A stretch of DNA of 64,000 bases from Sphingomonadales bacterium (GCA_004173185.1 SEFZ01000021.1:10892-74891), one strand, 5' to 3'. Numbered from the stretch's first letter, positions 9,340 to 19,796 are shown. Program-made: numbers and translations. The notes: generated by a model from the letters alone, not told the origin.

Positions 9340-10836
9340 TTACCGGGGGATTTCGACCCCGACATAGCGGCTGGGGCCGCCCCGACTCTGGACATAAAGG
9401 CTGACGGTATCGCGCCCGGCGCGCTTGGCCTCGGCGACGATCGCGGCGATTTCAGCAGGGGTCGCCACCGGCTTGTTATTGGCTTCGGTGATGACGTCGA
9501 AACGCTGGATCTTGCTCGCGGCATCGCTGTTCGGTGCGATGCTGAGTACGACGACGCCCCGCGTCGACGGATCGAGGCGAAGCTGGCGGGCATCGTTCGG
9601 CGTCAGCGCCTTGAGCTGGAGGCCCAGCGATGCAGCCGCCATCGATCCGGTGTCACCGTCCGGCACGCTGTTTTCGTCCGAGGGGTCGAGTTGGCTAAGC
9701 TGGCTTTCGGGCGGACGAGTGCCAAGCGTCACGTTCAGCGTCATGCGCTTGCCGTCGCGGATTACTTCGAACGGCACGCGCGTGCCCGGCGTTTGCGCGG
9801 AAGTGAGGTTCGACAGAGTCTGGTCGGGGGTTACGTCCTTGCCGCCAATCTTGACGACGAGATCGCCGCGTTTGATCCCGGCCTTGTCGGCGGCTTCGCC
9901 CGGACGAACTTCCGAGATGATCTCGCCGATCCCCTTGTCCACGCCCCATGCGCTCGCGATGTCCGGGGTAAGCGGTTGGATACCGACGCCCAAATAGCCG
10001 CGCTGAACCGAGGCCCCCTTCATCAGCGTGGCGATGATCGGCTGGGCCTGCTCGGCCGGAATCGCGAAGCCGATGCCGACATTGCCGCCGGTGGGCGAAA
10101 GGATCTGCGAATTGATGCCGATCACGTTGCCGTTCAGATCGAACATCGGGCCACCCGAATTGCCGCGATTGATCGAGGCGTCGGTCTGGATGAAGCGATC
10201 GAACTGGCCGGCTGCGCGATGCACCGCCGAGACGATGCCGGCGGTGACCGAACCGCCAAGGCCGAACGGATTGCCGATCGCGACGACCCAGTCGCCCACG
10301 CGCGTCGCGGTCGAATCGCCGAACTTGACGAAGGGCAGGTTGGTCTGGCCCTCGATCTTGAGAACGGCGAGGTCGGACAGCGTGTCGTTTCCGATCAGCT
10401 TGGCCTTGAACTCGCGGCGATCGGGCAGAGTGACGGTGATCGATTCGACCACGACGCCCTTCTGGTTGCCTGCCGAGATGACGTGATTGTTGGTCACGAC
10501 ATAACCATCGGCCGAGATGATGAAGCCCGAGCCGAGCGATTCGGCGCGCTGGGTGGTTGGACCGCCCTGCGGCCCGAATTGCTCGAACGGCGTGCCCGCG
10601 AACGGATTGACGTTATCGACCTTCACCCGCTGCGTGGTCGAGATGTTGACCACTGCCGGCTGAAGCTTGGCGACCATGTCGGCAAAGCTCATCGGCGCGC
10701 CAGCGCGCGGGGCAGTGGCCGTAATCGTGCCCGGCTCGTTCTGCGCGGTCTGTGCGCCGGCGGGCTGGTTGAGCGTCAGTGTGGCGGCGGCGCCACCAAG
10801 CAGAATGGCAGTCGTTAGAGCGTAGGCGTAACGCAC
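9340..10836 (-). CDS. Do/DegQ (HtrA) periplasmic serine protease with two PDZ domains
   Basis: Signal peptide, catalytic triad motifs TNNHV, SDLAVLK and GNSGG, PDZ motif GYLGV. GTG start inferred. Confidence 0.93.
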   Translation of the reverse strand: MRYAYALTTAILLGGAAATLTLNQPAGAQTAQNEPGTITATAPRAGAPMSFADMVAKLQPAVVNISTTQRVKVDNVNPFAGTPFEQFGPQGGPTTQRAESLGSGFIISADGYVVTNNHVISAGNQKGVVVESITVTLPDRREFKAKLIGNDTLSDLAVLKIEGQTNLPFVKFGDSTATRVGDWVVAIGNPFGLGGSVTAGIVSAVHRAAGQFDRFIQTDASINRGNSGGPMFDLNGNVIGINSQILSPTGGNVGIGFAIPAEQAQPIIATLMKGASVQRGYLGVGIQPLTPDIASAWGVDKGIGEIISEVRPGEAADKAGIKRGDLVVKIGGKDVTPDQTLSNLTSAQTPGTRVPFEVIRDGKRMTLNVTLGTRPPESQLSQLDPSDENSVPDGDTGSMAAASLGLQLKALTPNDARQLRLDPSTRGVVVLSIAPNSDAASKIQRFDVITEANNKPVATPAEIAAIVAEAKRAGRDTVSLYVQSRGGPSRYVGVEIPR

Positions 10837-10895
10837 AGGCGTAGATCCTCTCAATAGTCGAAAGCGAGATAGGGCCATATTGTCGCGCCCGTTTC

Positions 10896-10928
10896 ATGAA
10901 CGGCGATTGAATATGAACGATCCGTCAG
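10896..10928 (-). promoter_or_regulatory. OmpR-family direct-repeat box upstream of the HtrA gene
   Basis: Minus strand ATTCAA-N5-GTTCAT, with a further GTTCAT and CTGACG just upstream. Confidence 0.45.
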
Positions 10929-10930
10929 AA

Positions 10931-11785
10931 TCATCGGCGCCCCATAAACTCCTTCAAATAGCTGTTCTGCGGGCTGAGGATGATGTTGGTCTCGCCCTTG
11001 CCCTCGACCGGGCTGATGAACGTCGTCCGGTACGACTGCATCGCGCGGAAGAAGTCGTAGAATTGCGGATCCTTGTTGAACGCGGCGGCGTAAATTTCCG
11101 CTGCCTGCGCCTGTGCAGTCGCGCGGATGATCTGCGCATCCCTGGTACCGCCGGCGCGGATCGTTGCAGCTTCCTGCTGACGCGCGGTGCGCATCCGCTC
11201 ATAGGCGCTGTCGAGCGGCGATCCGGTCGGCAGATCGGCATGCTTGATCCGCACGTCGACGATCTGGACACCATATTGGCTGGCCAAGGTCTGCAAATTG
11301 CTCTGGATATTATCCATCACCTGGCCGCGTTCGGCGCTGAGCAAGGCCGCGAAGGGCTGCTTGCCGAGCTCATTGCGCAGTGCCGAGCTGAACAGCGGCT
11401 GGAGCCGCTCGGTCAGGCGCTCGACCGAACCGACCGTGATCGCCATCATCAGCGGATTGACGACGCGGAAGCGGGCAAAGGCGTCCACTTCGATGCGCTG
11501 CTGATCGGTCGAAAGCACCGGCTGGTTGGTCAGGTCGAGCGAGAGCACGCGCTTGTCCACCCAGACGACGCGATCGACGAAGGGGATGTGGAAGAGAACG
11601 CCCGAGCCGGTGCGGCCGAATTGCTCACCGGGCTTATAGGCGTTGACCGTCTGGTACGGCTCGTTGAGCCGCAGGACGACAGCCTGCTGCGTCTCGCGCA
11701 CCACCGAGAAGGAGCTGAAGATCAGAACCAGCAGGCCGAGCGCAAGCACGCCCAATACCATCGGGTTGCGAAATACGGCGGTCAT
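10931..11785 (-). CDS. hflC: FtsH modulator HflC
   Basis: N-terminal TM, SPFH domain, DVRIKHADLP, KDPQFYDFFRAMQSY. Confidence 0.93.
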   Translation of the reverse strand: MTAVFRNPMVLGVLALGLLVLIFSSFSVVRETQQAVVLRLNEPYQTVNAYKPGEQFGRTGSGVLFHIPFVDRVVWVDKRVLSLDLTNQPVLSTDQQRIEVDAFARFRVVNPLMMAITVGSVERLTERLQPLFSSALRNELGKQPFAALLSAERGQVMDNIQSNLQTLASQYGVQIVDVRIKHADLPTGSPLDSAYERMRTARQQEAATIRAGGTRDAQIIRATAQAQAAEIYAAAFNKDPQFYDFFRAMQSYRTTFISPVEGKGETNIILSPQNSYLKEFMGRR

Positions 11786-12930
11786 TGTGCGGCTCCCTGC
11801 GCGGGCTTGGCGGGTTCGGGTGCACGACCCAGGCTGGGCAGCGGCAGATACGGCGTGACGCCCGGCGCTTCGACGATGGTCTTGTTCGTCTTCGACAGCA
11901 CCTGCTCCATGGTCTCGTAATAGAGACGGCGGCGGGTGACTTCGGGTGCGAGCTTGTACTGCTCATAGATTTTGTCGAACTCGGCGGCCTCGCCCTGCGC
12001 GGTGGCGATCACCTGATTCGCATACGCATTGGCGTTGTTCTTCGCGGCCTGCGCCTGCTGCTGCGCGGCAGTGACCTGCTTGAACTCTTCGTCCACTGCC
12101 TGCGGGGCAGCGGCCTTCTGGATCGAGACGCTCTGGATCTCGATCCCCGAATTATACTCGTCGAGGATCACCTGCATCAACGCGATGACCTGTGCTTCGA
12201 TCTTGGCGCGGCCCGAAGTGATCGTGTCATTGAGCGTCGCATTGGCGACGACGGCGCGCATCGCGGTCTCGGCGGTGTCGCGCACCGTGGCGCGCGGGTC
12301 CTTGACCTGGAACACATAGTCGGAGGGGCTGCGCACCTTCCACTGCACCAGATAGGCCAGATCGACGATGTTCTGATCGCCAGTCAGCATCAGGTTTTCG
12401 CGCTCGGCTTCGGGGAATTTCTCGTCGCGAATCGCCTGAACGTCGATAGCTTCGACCATCGAGAACGGCGCCGGCAGCGTGAAGCGCCAGCCCGGCTCAA
12501 GCGTGCCCGAGAAACGGCCAAGCGTCTGAACCACGGCGCGCTGCTGCGGCCCAATCGAGTGGATCGACGTGAAGGCGACCCAGCCGAGGATCAGGACACC
12601 GACAACGATGCCCCAAAAGCCTGCGCCCTGCGGAATGCCGGGCAGGCTCGCGCCACCACCCATGCCGCCGCCACCGCCACCACCGCCGCGACGGGCGCGC
12701 TGGAACAGATCGTCGATCGTGCTTGCAGGACCGCGACCGGGGCGCTTGCCGCCACCAGGCGGGAGCGACCAGGGATTGCGCGGGCCACCGCCGCCATTCC
12801 CATTGTCTCCGCCGTTGCCGCCTCCCTTATCGCCGCCGCCGCCGGAGCCGCCGCCGCTGCCCCAGGGGCTTTTTGGAGGGTCGTTCTTGAGAGCGCCGGC
12901 CCATGATCGCCAGCCCGAGATGTTCAACAT
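11782..12930 (-). CDS. hflK: FtsH modulator HflK
   Basis: Gly-rich PW-containing N-terminus, TM, MLTGDQNIVD, APEVTRRRLYYETME. Confidence 0.93.
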   Translation of the reverse strand: MLNISGWRSWAGALKNDPPKSPWGSGGGSGGGGDKGGGNGGDNGNGGGGPRNPWSLPPGGGKRPGRGPASTIDDLFQRARRGGGGGGGGMGGGASLPGIPQGAGFWGIVVGVLILGWVAFTSIHSIGPQQRAVVQTLGRFSGTLEPGWRFTLPAPFSMVEAIDVQAIRDEKFPEAERENLMLTGDQNIVDLAYLVQWKVRSPSDYVFQVKDPRATVRDTAETAMRAVVANATLNDTITSGRAKIEAQVIALMQVILDEYNSGIEIQSVSIQKAAAPQAVDEEFKQVTAAQQQAQAAKNNANAYANQVIATAQGEAAEFDKIYEQYKLAPEVTRRRLYYETMEQVLSKTNKTIVEAPGVTPYLPLPSLGRAPEPAKPAQGAAQ

Positions 12931-13002
12931 GCCTATCTTTATAGGGTGGCTTTGGCGGATTTACAGTGCCACGCGCCGATTCCGTCCCTATCTGGCGGCA
13001 CA

Positions 13003-13959
13003 ATGACCGATAGCGCAACGATTCAGACGGCTCTCGACGCACTTGCGGCGGGCCGTGCCACCGCCAGGCTGGAAGAAGGCCGGGCCAGCATAGTTCTCGA
13101 CGTAACCGGGCTGAGCGAAGCCGCGCGCGCCGAGCTCGAGGCCGACGTCCGCGCGGCTGCAGCGCGTGTAGAAGGCGTGAGCGAAGTACGCGTGCTGATG
13201 ACCAGCGAGCGGCGGACGCGGCGACTGATCGCGGTGGCAAGCGGCAAGGGCGGCGTGGGCAAATCCACCGTCGCGGCCAATCTGGCGATTGCGCTGAAGA
13301 ATAAGGGCCGCAAGGTAGGGCTGGTCGATGCCGATATCTATGGCCCCTCGCAGCCCCGGCTGATGGGGGTCGAGGGCGTGAAGCCCAAGGCGCGCGAGAA
13401 GACGCTGCTGCCGGTCGAGACGCCCTATGGCGTTCCCTTGCTCTCGATGGGCGGGCTGGTCGCCGAAGGGCAGGCGATTGCATGGCGCGGGCCGATGGCG
13501 GGCGGCGCGCTCGGCCAATTGGTCGATGGCGATTGGGGCGAGACCGAACTGCTGGTGCTTGATCTGCCGCCGGGCACGGGCGACGTGCAGCTCACCATGA
13601 TCCAGAAGCACAAGCCTGCCGGCGCAGTGATCGTCTCGACCCCGCAGGATCTGGCGCTGATTGACGCGACCCGCGCGATCGATTTGTTCCGCAAGGCCAA
13701 TATCCCGATCATCGGCCTGATCGAGAATATGAGCGGTTATGCATGCCCGCATTGCGGAGAAACCTCCGATCCGTTCGGCAAGGGCGGGGCGGAAGCTGCG
13801 GCTGCGACGCTGGGCATTCCATTCCTCGGCCGCATTCCGCTGGAAATGGCGATCCGCGCGGCCTCCGATGCGGGCACGCCGCCCGCCGCCGGGAACGGGC
13901 CGGAGGCGCAGGTGTTTGCAGAACTGGCCGACAAGGTGAGCGGCTGGCTGGGAGGCTGA
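13003..13959 (+). CDS. mrp: Mrp/ApbC (NBP35) Fe-S cluster carrier ATPase
   Basis: VASGKGGVGKST, DADIYGPS, WRGPM, DLPPGTGD, ENMS and CPHC. Confidence 0.93.
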   Translation: MTDSATIQTALDALAAGRATARLEEGRASIVLDVTGLSEAARAELEADVRAAAARVEGVSEVRVLMTSERRTRRLIAVASGKGGVGKSTVAANLAIALKNKGRKVGLVDADIYGPSQPRLMGVEGVKPKAREKTLLPVETPYGVPLLSMGGLVAEGQAIAWRGPMAGGALGQLVDGDWGETELLVLDLPPGTGDVQLTMIQKHKPAGAVIVSTPQDLALIDATRAIDLFRKANIPIIGLIENMSGYACPHCGETSDPFGKGGAEAAAATLGIPFLGRIPLEMAIRAASDAGTPPAAGNGPEAQVFAELADKVSGWLGG

Positions 13960-13960
13960 T

Positions 13961-14389
13961 ATGCCGCTGACGCAAGGCGAAGACATCAAAACGCTGCTCG
14001 AAGAGACCCGCACGATCGCGATGATCGGCGCGTCCGATCGCCCCGACCGACCGAGTTATGGCGTGATGGCGATGCTCCAGAGCCACGGGTATCGCGTGAT
14101 CCCGGTCAATCCGCAGATTACCGGCGAGCATATCCATGGCGAGTTCGTGTTCCGTGACCTGAGCCAGATCGGCGTGCCCATCGATATGGTCGATATTTTT
14201 CGCCGCTCGATCGCGGCAGGCGAAGCAGTCGATGAGGCGATCGCGGCGGGCGCCAAATCGGTGTGGCTTCAGATCGGCGTGATCAACGAGGAAGCCGCTG
14301 CGCGTGCCGAAGCGGCAGGACTCAAGGTCGTGATGGATCGCTGCCCGGCGATCGAGATACCCCGGCTGGGCGTGGCGAAGATCGACTAG
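13961..14389 (+). CDS. CoA-binding protein (YccU-like)
   Basis: IAMIGASDRPDRPSY, PVNP, DMVDIFRRS, VWLQIG, VMDRC. Confidence 0.9.
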   Translation: MPLTQGEDIKTLLEETRTIAMIGASDRPDRPSYGVMAMLQSHGYRVIPVNPQITGEHIHGEFVFRDLSQIGVPIDMVDIFRRSIAAGEAVDEAIAAGAKSVWLQIGVINEEAAARAEAAGLKVVMDRCPAIEIPRLGVAKID

Positions 14390-14399
14390 ATCCGGCGGG

Positions 14400-14420
14400 G
14401 CGGCGGTTTCCCGCCGCTTT
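14400..14420. terminator. Intrinsic terminator-like hairpin between convergent genes
   Basis: GCGGCGG-TTTC-CCGCCGC-TTT. Confidence 0.55.
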
Positions 14421-15531
14421 ATGCCAAATGACGGAGCGAGGCGATCAGCTGGGTCACGTCGCGGCTGTCCTGATAGAGACCGAAGCCTATGCGTAACACG
14501 TCGCCGCGAACATCGGTGATGATGTCCTCCGCCTCCAGTTCGGCCTTCCAGCGCTGGGCGTGCGCTGAACGAAGCGCGACGAAGCGGGCGGGGGAGCCGG
14601 GATTGAGCAGTTCGGCATCGAGCGGCAGATCGGCGAGCAATTGTTCGCGCAGGCTATCGACATGCGCAGCGATGCTGGCCGTGCTCAGCTCTTCCTGCCG
14701 CAGCATGTCGCGCACCGCGACGAAGCGGTAGATGCCGGAGGGATCAAAGGTGGCACCGAGGAAACGTCGGGCATCGGGGGCATAGCCGATCGTGCCGGGT
14801 GCCGCGGAGAGATCGTCAAATTCGGCATACCAGCCGGTAATCTCGGGGCGCGGACCGAAACCGGCGGGCGCGTGGAGGAAGGCCGAGCCTTCGCCGGCCA
14901 TCGCGTATTTATAGCCGCCGGCGAGATAGAAGACGCGGTCGGCAACGCTCGACAGGTCGGTCTCCATCGCCATAAAACCATGATAGCCGTCGATCACGAC
15001 CCATGGCCCTTCGGGACGAGAGATCGCGGCAAGTTCTTCGATGCCGTCAAAGACATGGCCGGTGCCGAACTGGACATGGCTTACGAAGACCAGATCGTGT
15101 TCGCCGGATTTCGCGCGCTCGACGATGGCGTCGAGCGGCACGCGTTCGATGATCGCCGTGCCCGCTTCCTCCCAGCGCTGTGACTGGCGGCGGAAGCTGT
15201 GGAATTCGCCGTCGCTGGTCAGGATGCGCAACGGGCGCTTGGGAAGCGCCGATACGATGCGCAGCAGCAGGTCATGCGTGTTGGGCGCGAAGGCGATGGT
15301 GTTGGAATCGGGCAGTTTCAGTTCGGCGGCGACGTGGTGCTGCGCGGCGGGCCAGATCTCGCCCATCACGCGTTCCCATTTGCGATCGGCGAGGCGGGCG
15401 GCATCGTCCCATGCGGCAAGCTGGCCGACGTAAGAGGCGTCGGGCCAGAGATGGTGCGAATGCGCGGCGAAATGGAGGCGCTCGGGCGCAGCGGCGATCG
15501 CGCGCTGAAAGAGGTGCTTGTAGCTGGTCAC
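14419..15531 (-). CDS. Class V PLP enzyme, kynureninase-like
   Basis: DGEFHS, VIDGYH, PLP lysine in GGYKY, GWYAEF, GATFDP; lies directly downstream of tryptophan dioxygenase. Confidence 0.75.
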   Translation of the reverse strand: MTSYKHLFQRAIAAAPERLHFAAHSHHLWPDASYVGQLAAWDDAARLADRKWERVMGEIWPAAQHHVAAELKLPDSNTIAFAPNTHDLLLRIVSALPKRPLRILTSDGEFHSFRRQSQRWEEAGTAIIERVPLDAIVERAKSGEHDLVFVSHVQFGTGHVFDGIEELAAISRPEGPWVVIDGYHGFMAMETDLSSVADRVFYLAGGYKYAMAGEGSAFLHAPAGFGPRPEITGWYAEFDDLSAAPGTIGYAPDARRFLGATFDPSGIYRFVAVRDMLRQEELSTASIAAHVDSLREQLLADLPLDAELLNPGSPARFVALRSAHAQRWKAELEAEDIITDVRGDVLRIGFGLYQDSRDVTQLIASLRHLA

Positions 15532-15568
15532 GCCTTTTGGCCCTTACGGACGGCGCGCGGTGTTTCAA

Positions 15569-16327
15569 TCATAATTGCGTACGCAGCGACCAGAGTTCGG
15601 GGAAGGCGCGCTTCGAGAGCGTAGATTCGAGATAGGGCACGCCCGCGGTGCCGCCGGTGCCCATCTTCATCCCGATCACGCGGCTGACGGTGATGACATG
15701 CTTGTGCCGCCAGGTGGCGAGCGCATCATCGATATCGACCAGCTTTTCGGCGAGCTGATACAGCTCCCAATGCGCGCTGGTGTCGCGATAGACCTGTGCC
15801 CAGGCATCCTCGACGGCCTTGCTTGGCACATAAGGCTGTGCCCAATCGCGCGCTGGCACGGGTTCCACGAGTCCGGCGCGGGCGAGCGCAGCATTGGCTT
15901 CATCCCACAGACTCGGCGCTTGCTTCGCTGCATCGGTGAGCGGGCCGGGCACCCCGCCGCCGCGCACCCCGAGCAAGGTCTCGACCGCGCGGAACTGATC
16001 CGACTGGAAGCCGGACGAGGTGCCGAGCACTTCGCGGAAGCGGGTATAATCGCTCGGCGTCATCGTCGCGAGCACGTCCCAGCTCAGCGTCATCACTGCC
16101 TGAATGCGGCTGACCCGCGCGAGCGACTTATAGGCTTCGACGGACTTATCCTGCTGCACCAGCCGGATGGCCTCGCGCACCTCGACCAGCATCTGCTTGA
16201 GCCAGAGCTCCTTGGTCTGGTGGATGATGATGAAGAGCAGTTCGTCGTCGCGGTCCGAGATCGGATGCTGCGAGTCGAGCAGCGTATCGAGCGCGAGGTA
16301 GCGGCCATAGGTCATCGATTCGGTCAT
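15569..16327 (-). CDS. kynA: Tryptophan 2,3-dioxygenase
   Basis: YGRYLALD, FIIIHQTKELW, SSGFQS, WRHKH, GTGGTAGVPYL, FPELW. Confidence 0.94.
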   Translation of the reverse strand: MTESMTYGRYLALDTLLDSQHPISDRDDELLFIIIHQTKELWLKQMLVEVREAIRLVQQDKSVEAYKSLARVSRIQAVMTLSWDVLATMTPSDYTRFREVLGTSSGFQSDQFRAVETLLGVRGGGVPGPLTDAAKQAPSLWDEANAALARAGLVEPVPARDWAQPYVPSKAVEDAWAQVYRDTSAHWELYQLAEKLVDIDDALATWRHKHVITVSRVIGMKMGTGGTAGVPYLESTLSKRAFPELWSLRTQL

Positions 16328-16564
16328 GCGCTTTTCTACGCTGGATCGGCGGGCGGCGGAAATTGAAGAAATGACTGCGAGACCGGCAAGCGAAAAGCAA
16401 AGGCATTCAAGATTATGCCGCGCAATCTTGGCAATTATCTAAAAATAAATCAACCAATATCGAAGTAAAATCTGTTGCCAAGCAGCCGCAATCAAGTTCA
16501 TTTTCGTTGAAATCGCCACAAGCGCGATGATCGCGGGCCGCTTCTCTATCGGGGATATTAGCTC

Positions 16565-18253
16565 ATGATCGATCATCATATTATTTCTGAACTACAGATA
16601 AATCCAAATTATCTTGATTTGCTGCAAGATCAGTTCAAACGATTCAAGCTTAACACCAACGTGCGTATCCTTGTGGTGGTCGATACCGAAATCGCGACCG
16701 TGCCGGGGGTCGGCTTTGGCGTTGGCAGCGTGATCGAGTTGATCCGCGCCAGCGCGGTGGGCTGCATGCACTTCACCGTTGATATCGCGCTGCGAAGCAA
16801 TTCGCCGCCCGCGGTCGTTGCCAGCCCGGCGGCATATGGCGCCAAATATACCGGCTTCCGGTTCGACATGACCGATGGTGCTAATCTGGTGATCGACAAA
16901 TATCAGCAGATCTGGATCTTCGGGTTCAAGCCCGACAATAGTGCCGGTCCGGACAGCCGGATCGACTTGCCGACGTCGCTGCCAGCGTCGAACGGCGAAC
17001 TTGCCAAGCTCGCCGGCTGGATGAAGGCGCACAAGGGCGGCGTATTCGCCACCGGCGATCATGATTATCTCGGCGCGTCGATCTGCCACCGCATCCCGCG
17101 GATTGGCACGATGCGACGCTGGACCAATGCCGATGGCGTGCCGCCGATCGGGGGATTCGGCGATAGTGATACCGCTGACCGGATCGATACGCTGCGCCCG
17201 CCCAATGCCGCCTACGAACCCGGTGCGCCCGGCGGCCCTCTCGCGCTTAACAACAGCCCGCATCAAGGCGACCTGACCCCGCAGCCAATTCATTGGGTTA
17301 CCTGGCAGAGCGTGGGCACCGGCATCCTTAGCTACAAGCACCGGCCGCATCCCGTGCTTTGCCATCCGACGCTTGGACCGATCAATGTGATGCCCGATCA
17401 TGCTCATGAGGGGCTGTGCCGCGATACCGGCACGGTCCCGCTCACCGGCACCTATAATTTTGACGGTGCGGGGGCGCAGGACGAATATCCGCCCGCGACC
17501 GGCGGCGGTGCCAAGCCCGAGCCAACGATCATCGCTTATGGCAGCAACCTGGGCGGCGGGCCCTACAACTTCGCCAAGGGACCGCAGCCGGCGCGCAACC
17601 ATAATCCGATGATCAGCGTCTATGACGGACATCTCGCCGGCGTGGGCCGGGTGGCGACCGATTCGACCTGGCACCATTGGTTCGACGTCAACATTGCCGA
17701 TATCCAGGCTGAGAATGGCGCGAACTGGGCCAAGATCAGCCGCTATTTCATCAATCTGGCAGTGTGGCTGTCTCCGCCCGGGTACAGCACGACATGCCTG
17801 TGGTGGTGTACCGTGCTCAGCCATTTCACCGCGACCGGCTTCCAGGAATATTCGCCCAAGCTCAGCGATGTCGAGCTCGGTCAGGCGCTGTCGCGGCAGC
17901 TCTACCGCATCTATGGCCCGTGTTGGGTCAGCCATGTGATCTGGGACAGATTGCGCGAGCTCAAGCTGTCGCTGATCGAGAAGCCGCATTTGCCGATCCC
18001 GCCGGCATGCCTGACCTGCCCGCCTTACGAACTGATCGAGCTCTCCGCGCTCGGCGGTCTCGTCCGCGCGACCCTGCCGCTGGCCGAGGCGATCAGCCAG
18101 GCGACGGCCCGGTTCGACAAGACAGTGCGGCTCGATGCGAGCATGGAGAAGACTCTATCCGAAGGGCTTCGCGGTGGCGTCCAGAGCGTCGCGCGGCAAT
18201 GGCGCGAGGATCTTGCGAAAAGCGCCAAGCGGATCGAGCTATTGGCGCGCTAG
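16565..18253 (+). CDS. Hypothetical protein, 562 aa (possible GATase-I-like fold, His-rich motifs)
   Basis: Long ORF with a G-rich RBS-like tract; motifs GGVFATGDH, PDHAHEG, DSTWHHWFD and a C-terminal CxxC. No confident family assignment. Confidence 0.8.
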   Translation: MIDHHIISELQINPNYLDLLQDQFKRFKLNTNVRILVVVDTEIATVPGVGFGVGSVIELIRASAVGCMHFTVDIALRSNSPPAVVASPAAYGAKYTGFRFDMTDGANLVIDKYQQIWIFGFKPDNSAGPDSRIDLPTSLPASNGELAKLAGWMKAHKGGVFATGDHDYLGASICHRIPRIGTMRRWTNADGVPPIGGFGDSDTADRIDTLRPPNAAYEPGAPGGPLALNNSPHQGDLTPQPIHWVTWQSVGTGILSYKHRPHPVLCHPTLGPINVMPDHAHEGLCRDTGTVPLTGTYNFDGAGAQDEYPPATGGGAKPEPTIIAYGSNLGGGPYNFAKGPQPARNHNPMISVYDGHLAGVGRVATDSTWHHWFDVNIADIQAENGANWAKISRYFINLAVWLSPPGYSTTCLWWCTVLSHFTATGFQEYSPKLSDVELGQALSRQLYRIYGPCWVSHVIWDRLRELKLSLIEKPHLPIPPACLTCPPYELIELSALGGLVRATLPLAEAISQATARFDKTVRLDASMEKTLSEGLRGGVQSVARQWREDLAKSAKRIELLAR

Positions 18254-18261
18254 GCAGAGCG

Positions 18262-18292
18262 GGCAGGGGATCCGGTCGCCGGATCCCCTGCC
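18262..18292. terminator. Perfect 14-bp hairpin between convergent genes
   Basis: GGCAGGGGATCCGG-TCG-CCGGATCCCCTGCC. Confidence 0.7.
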
Positions 18293-18300
18293 TTCGCCGA

Positions 18301-19131
18301 TCAGTCGCGCAGCAGCTCGTTGATGCCGGTCTTGCTGCGCGTCTGGGCGTCCACGGTCTTCACGATCACGGCGCAGTAAAGCGACGGGCCGCCTTTCGGA
18401 TCGGGGATCGCACCGGGTACGACCACCGAATAAGGCGGCACGAAACCGCGATGCACTTCGCCGGTCGCGCGATCGATGATCTTGGTCGATGCGCCGAGAT
18501 AGACGCCCATCGAGAGCACTGCGCCTTCGCCGACGCGAACGCCTTCGGCCACTTCGGCGCGCGCGCCGATGAACGCGCCGTCGCCGATGATCACCGGATC
18601 GGCCTGGAGCGGCTCGAGCACGCCGCCGATGCCGACCCCGCCCGAAAGGTGGACGTTCTTGCCGATCTGCGCACAGCTGCCGACGGTCGCCCAGCCATCG
18701 ACCATCGAGCCTTCACCGACATACGCCCCGATATTGACGAAGCTCGGCATCAGCACGACGCCCTTCGAAATGTGCGCGCCGTGGCGAACGATCGAGCCCG
18801 GGACCTGGCGGAAGCCGGCCTCGCGGAAGCGGGCATCGTCCCAGCCAGCGGTCTTGAGCGGTACCTTGTCGAAACCGACGCCGCCACATTCCGCCGGCAT
18901 CACGCTATTGTCATTGAGGCGGAAGCTGAGCAGCACGGCCTTCTTGAGCCACTGATTGACCTTCCAGCCCTCGGCGCCATTCGAGTCATTGGCGGGCTCC
19001 GCGACGCGGGCCTGTCCGCTGTCGAGCAGGTTGAGCGCTTCCATCACCGCATCGCGGACTTCGCCGTGCGTCGCGGTCGAAAGATCGGCGCGGGCTTCCC
19101 ATGCTGCATCGATAGTCGCTTCGAGAGTCAC
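18301..19131 (-). CDS. dapD: Tetrahydrodipicolinate N-succinyltransferase
   Basis: [55 protein letters not shown] start overlaps the upstream stop. Confidence 0.96.
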   Translation of the reverse strand: MTLEATIDAAWEARADLSTATHGEVRDAVMEALNLLDSGQARVAEPANDSNGAEGWKVNQWLKKAVLLSFRLNDNSVMPAECGGVGFDKVPLKTAGWDDARFREAGFRQVPGSIVRHGAHISKGVVLMPSFVNIGAYVGEGSMVDGWATVGSCAQIGKNVHLSGGVGIGGVLEPLQADPVIIGDGAFIGARAEVAEGVRVGEGAVLSMGVYLGASTKIIDRATGEVHRGFVPPYSVVVPGAIPDPKGGPSLYCAVIVKTVDAQTRSKTGINELLRD

Positions 19132-19796
19132 GCTTGGTCCTCCAGTATTTCGTGGAGCCATGCTCCGAGATCAGTGATGGTGTAATCGATATAGGATCGA
19201 TCGGGGTCTTCGGTCTGCTCGGACCCGTTGTCGATCCACACCGTCGTCATGCCGATGGCCTTGGCGGGCTTCAGGTTGCGCGCCATGTCCTCGACGAACA
19301 GCGATGCCTTCGGATCAAGATCGAACGCAGCCAGCAACCCGGCATAAGCGGCGGGATCGGGCTTGGGGCGATATTCGGTCGAGTGAATGTCGTGCACCGC
19401 TTCGAAGGTTTCGCTGAGGCCCAGCCGCTCGAGCACTTTCACCGCATAGGGCGCATTGGCGTTGGTGAAGATCAGTTTGCGGCCGGGCAGGCGGACGAGC
19501 GCTTCGGCGAGTGCGAAATTGGTTTCGATGCTGCTCAGATCGACTTCGTGAACGGCATCCAGATAGTGGTGCGGATCAATGTCATGCTCGGACATCAGCC
19601 CGTTCAGCGTGGTGCCGTGGCTGTGGAAATAGCCTTTCTGGATGCGGTGCGCTTCCTCAGGGCCACAGTTTAGCAGCGTCTGGACATACGCGCCGATCTT
19701 CGCGTCGATCTGCGTCCACAGGTCGCCGCTCGCTGGATAGAGCGTGTTGTCGAGATCGAAGATCCAGTTTTCGATATGCGATAGCGCAGCTTTCAT
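19128..19796 (-). CDS. Pyrimidine 5'-nucleotidase (HAD superfamily)
   Basis: [34 protein letters not shown]. Confidence 0.9.
   Translation of the reverse strand: MKAALSHIENWIFDLDNTLYPASGDLWTQIDAKIGAYVQTLLNCGPEEAHRIQKGYFHSHGTTLNGLMSEHDIDPHHYLDAVHEVDLSSIETNFALAEALVRLPGRKLIFTNANAPYAVKVLERLGLSETFEAVHDIHSTEYRPKPDPAAYAGLLAAFDLDPKASLFVEDMARNLKPAKAIGMTTVWIDNGSEQTEDPDRSYIDYTITDLGAWLHEILEDQA

Noticed and set aside
12655-12860. GCC/CCG-rich tandem-like repeats
   Set aside because: They encode the normal Gly-rich N-terminus of HflK; not an array or mobile repeat.
16592-17989. 465-aa minus-strand ORF opposite the 562-aa orphan
   Set aside because: Shadow ORF; the plus-strand frame has the RBS-like tract, terminator and protein-like motifs.
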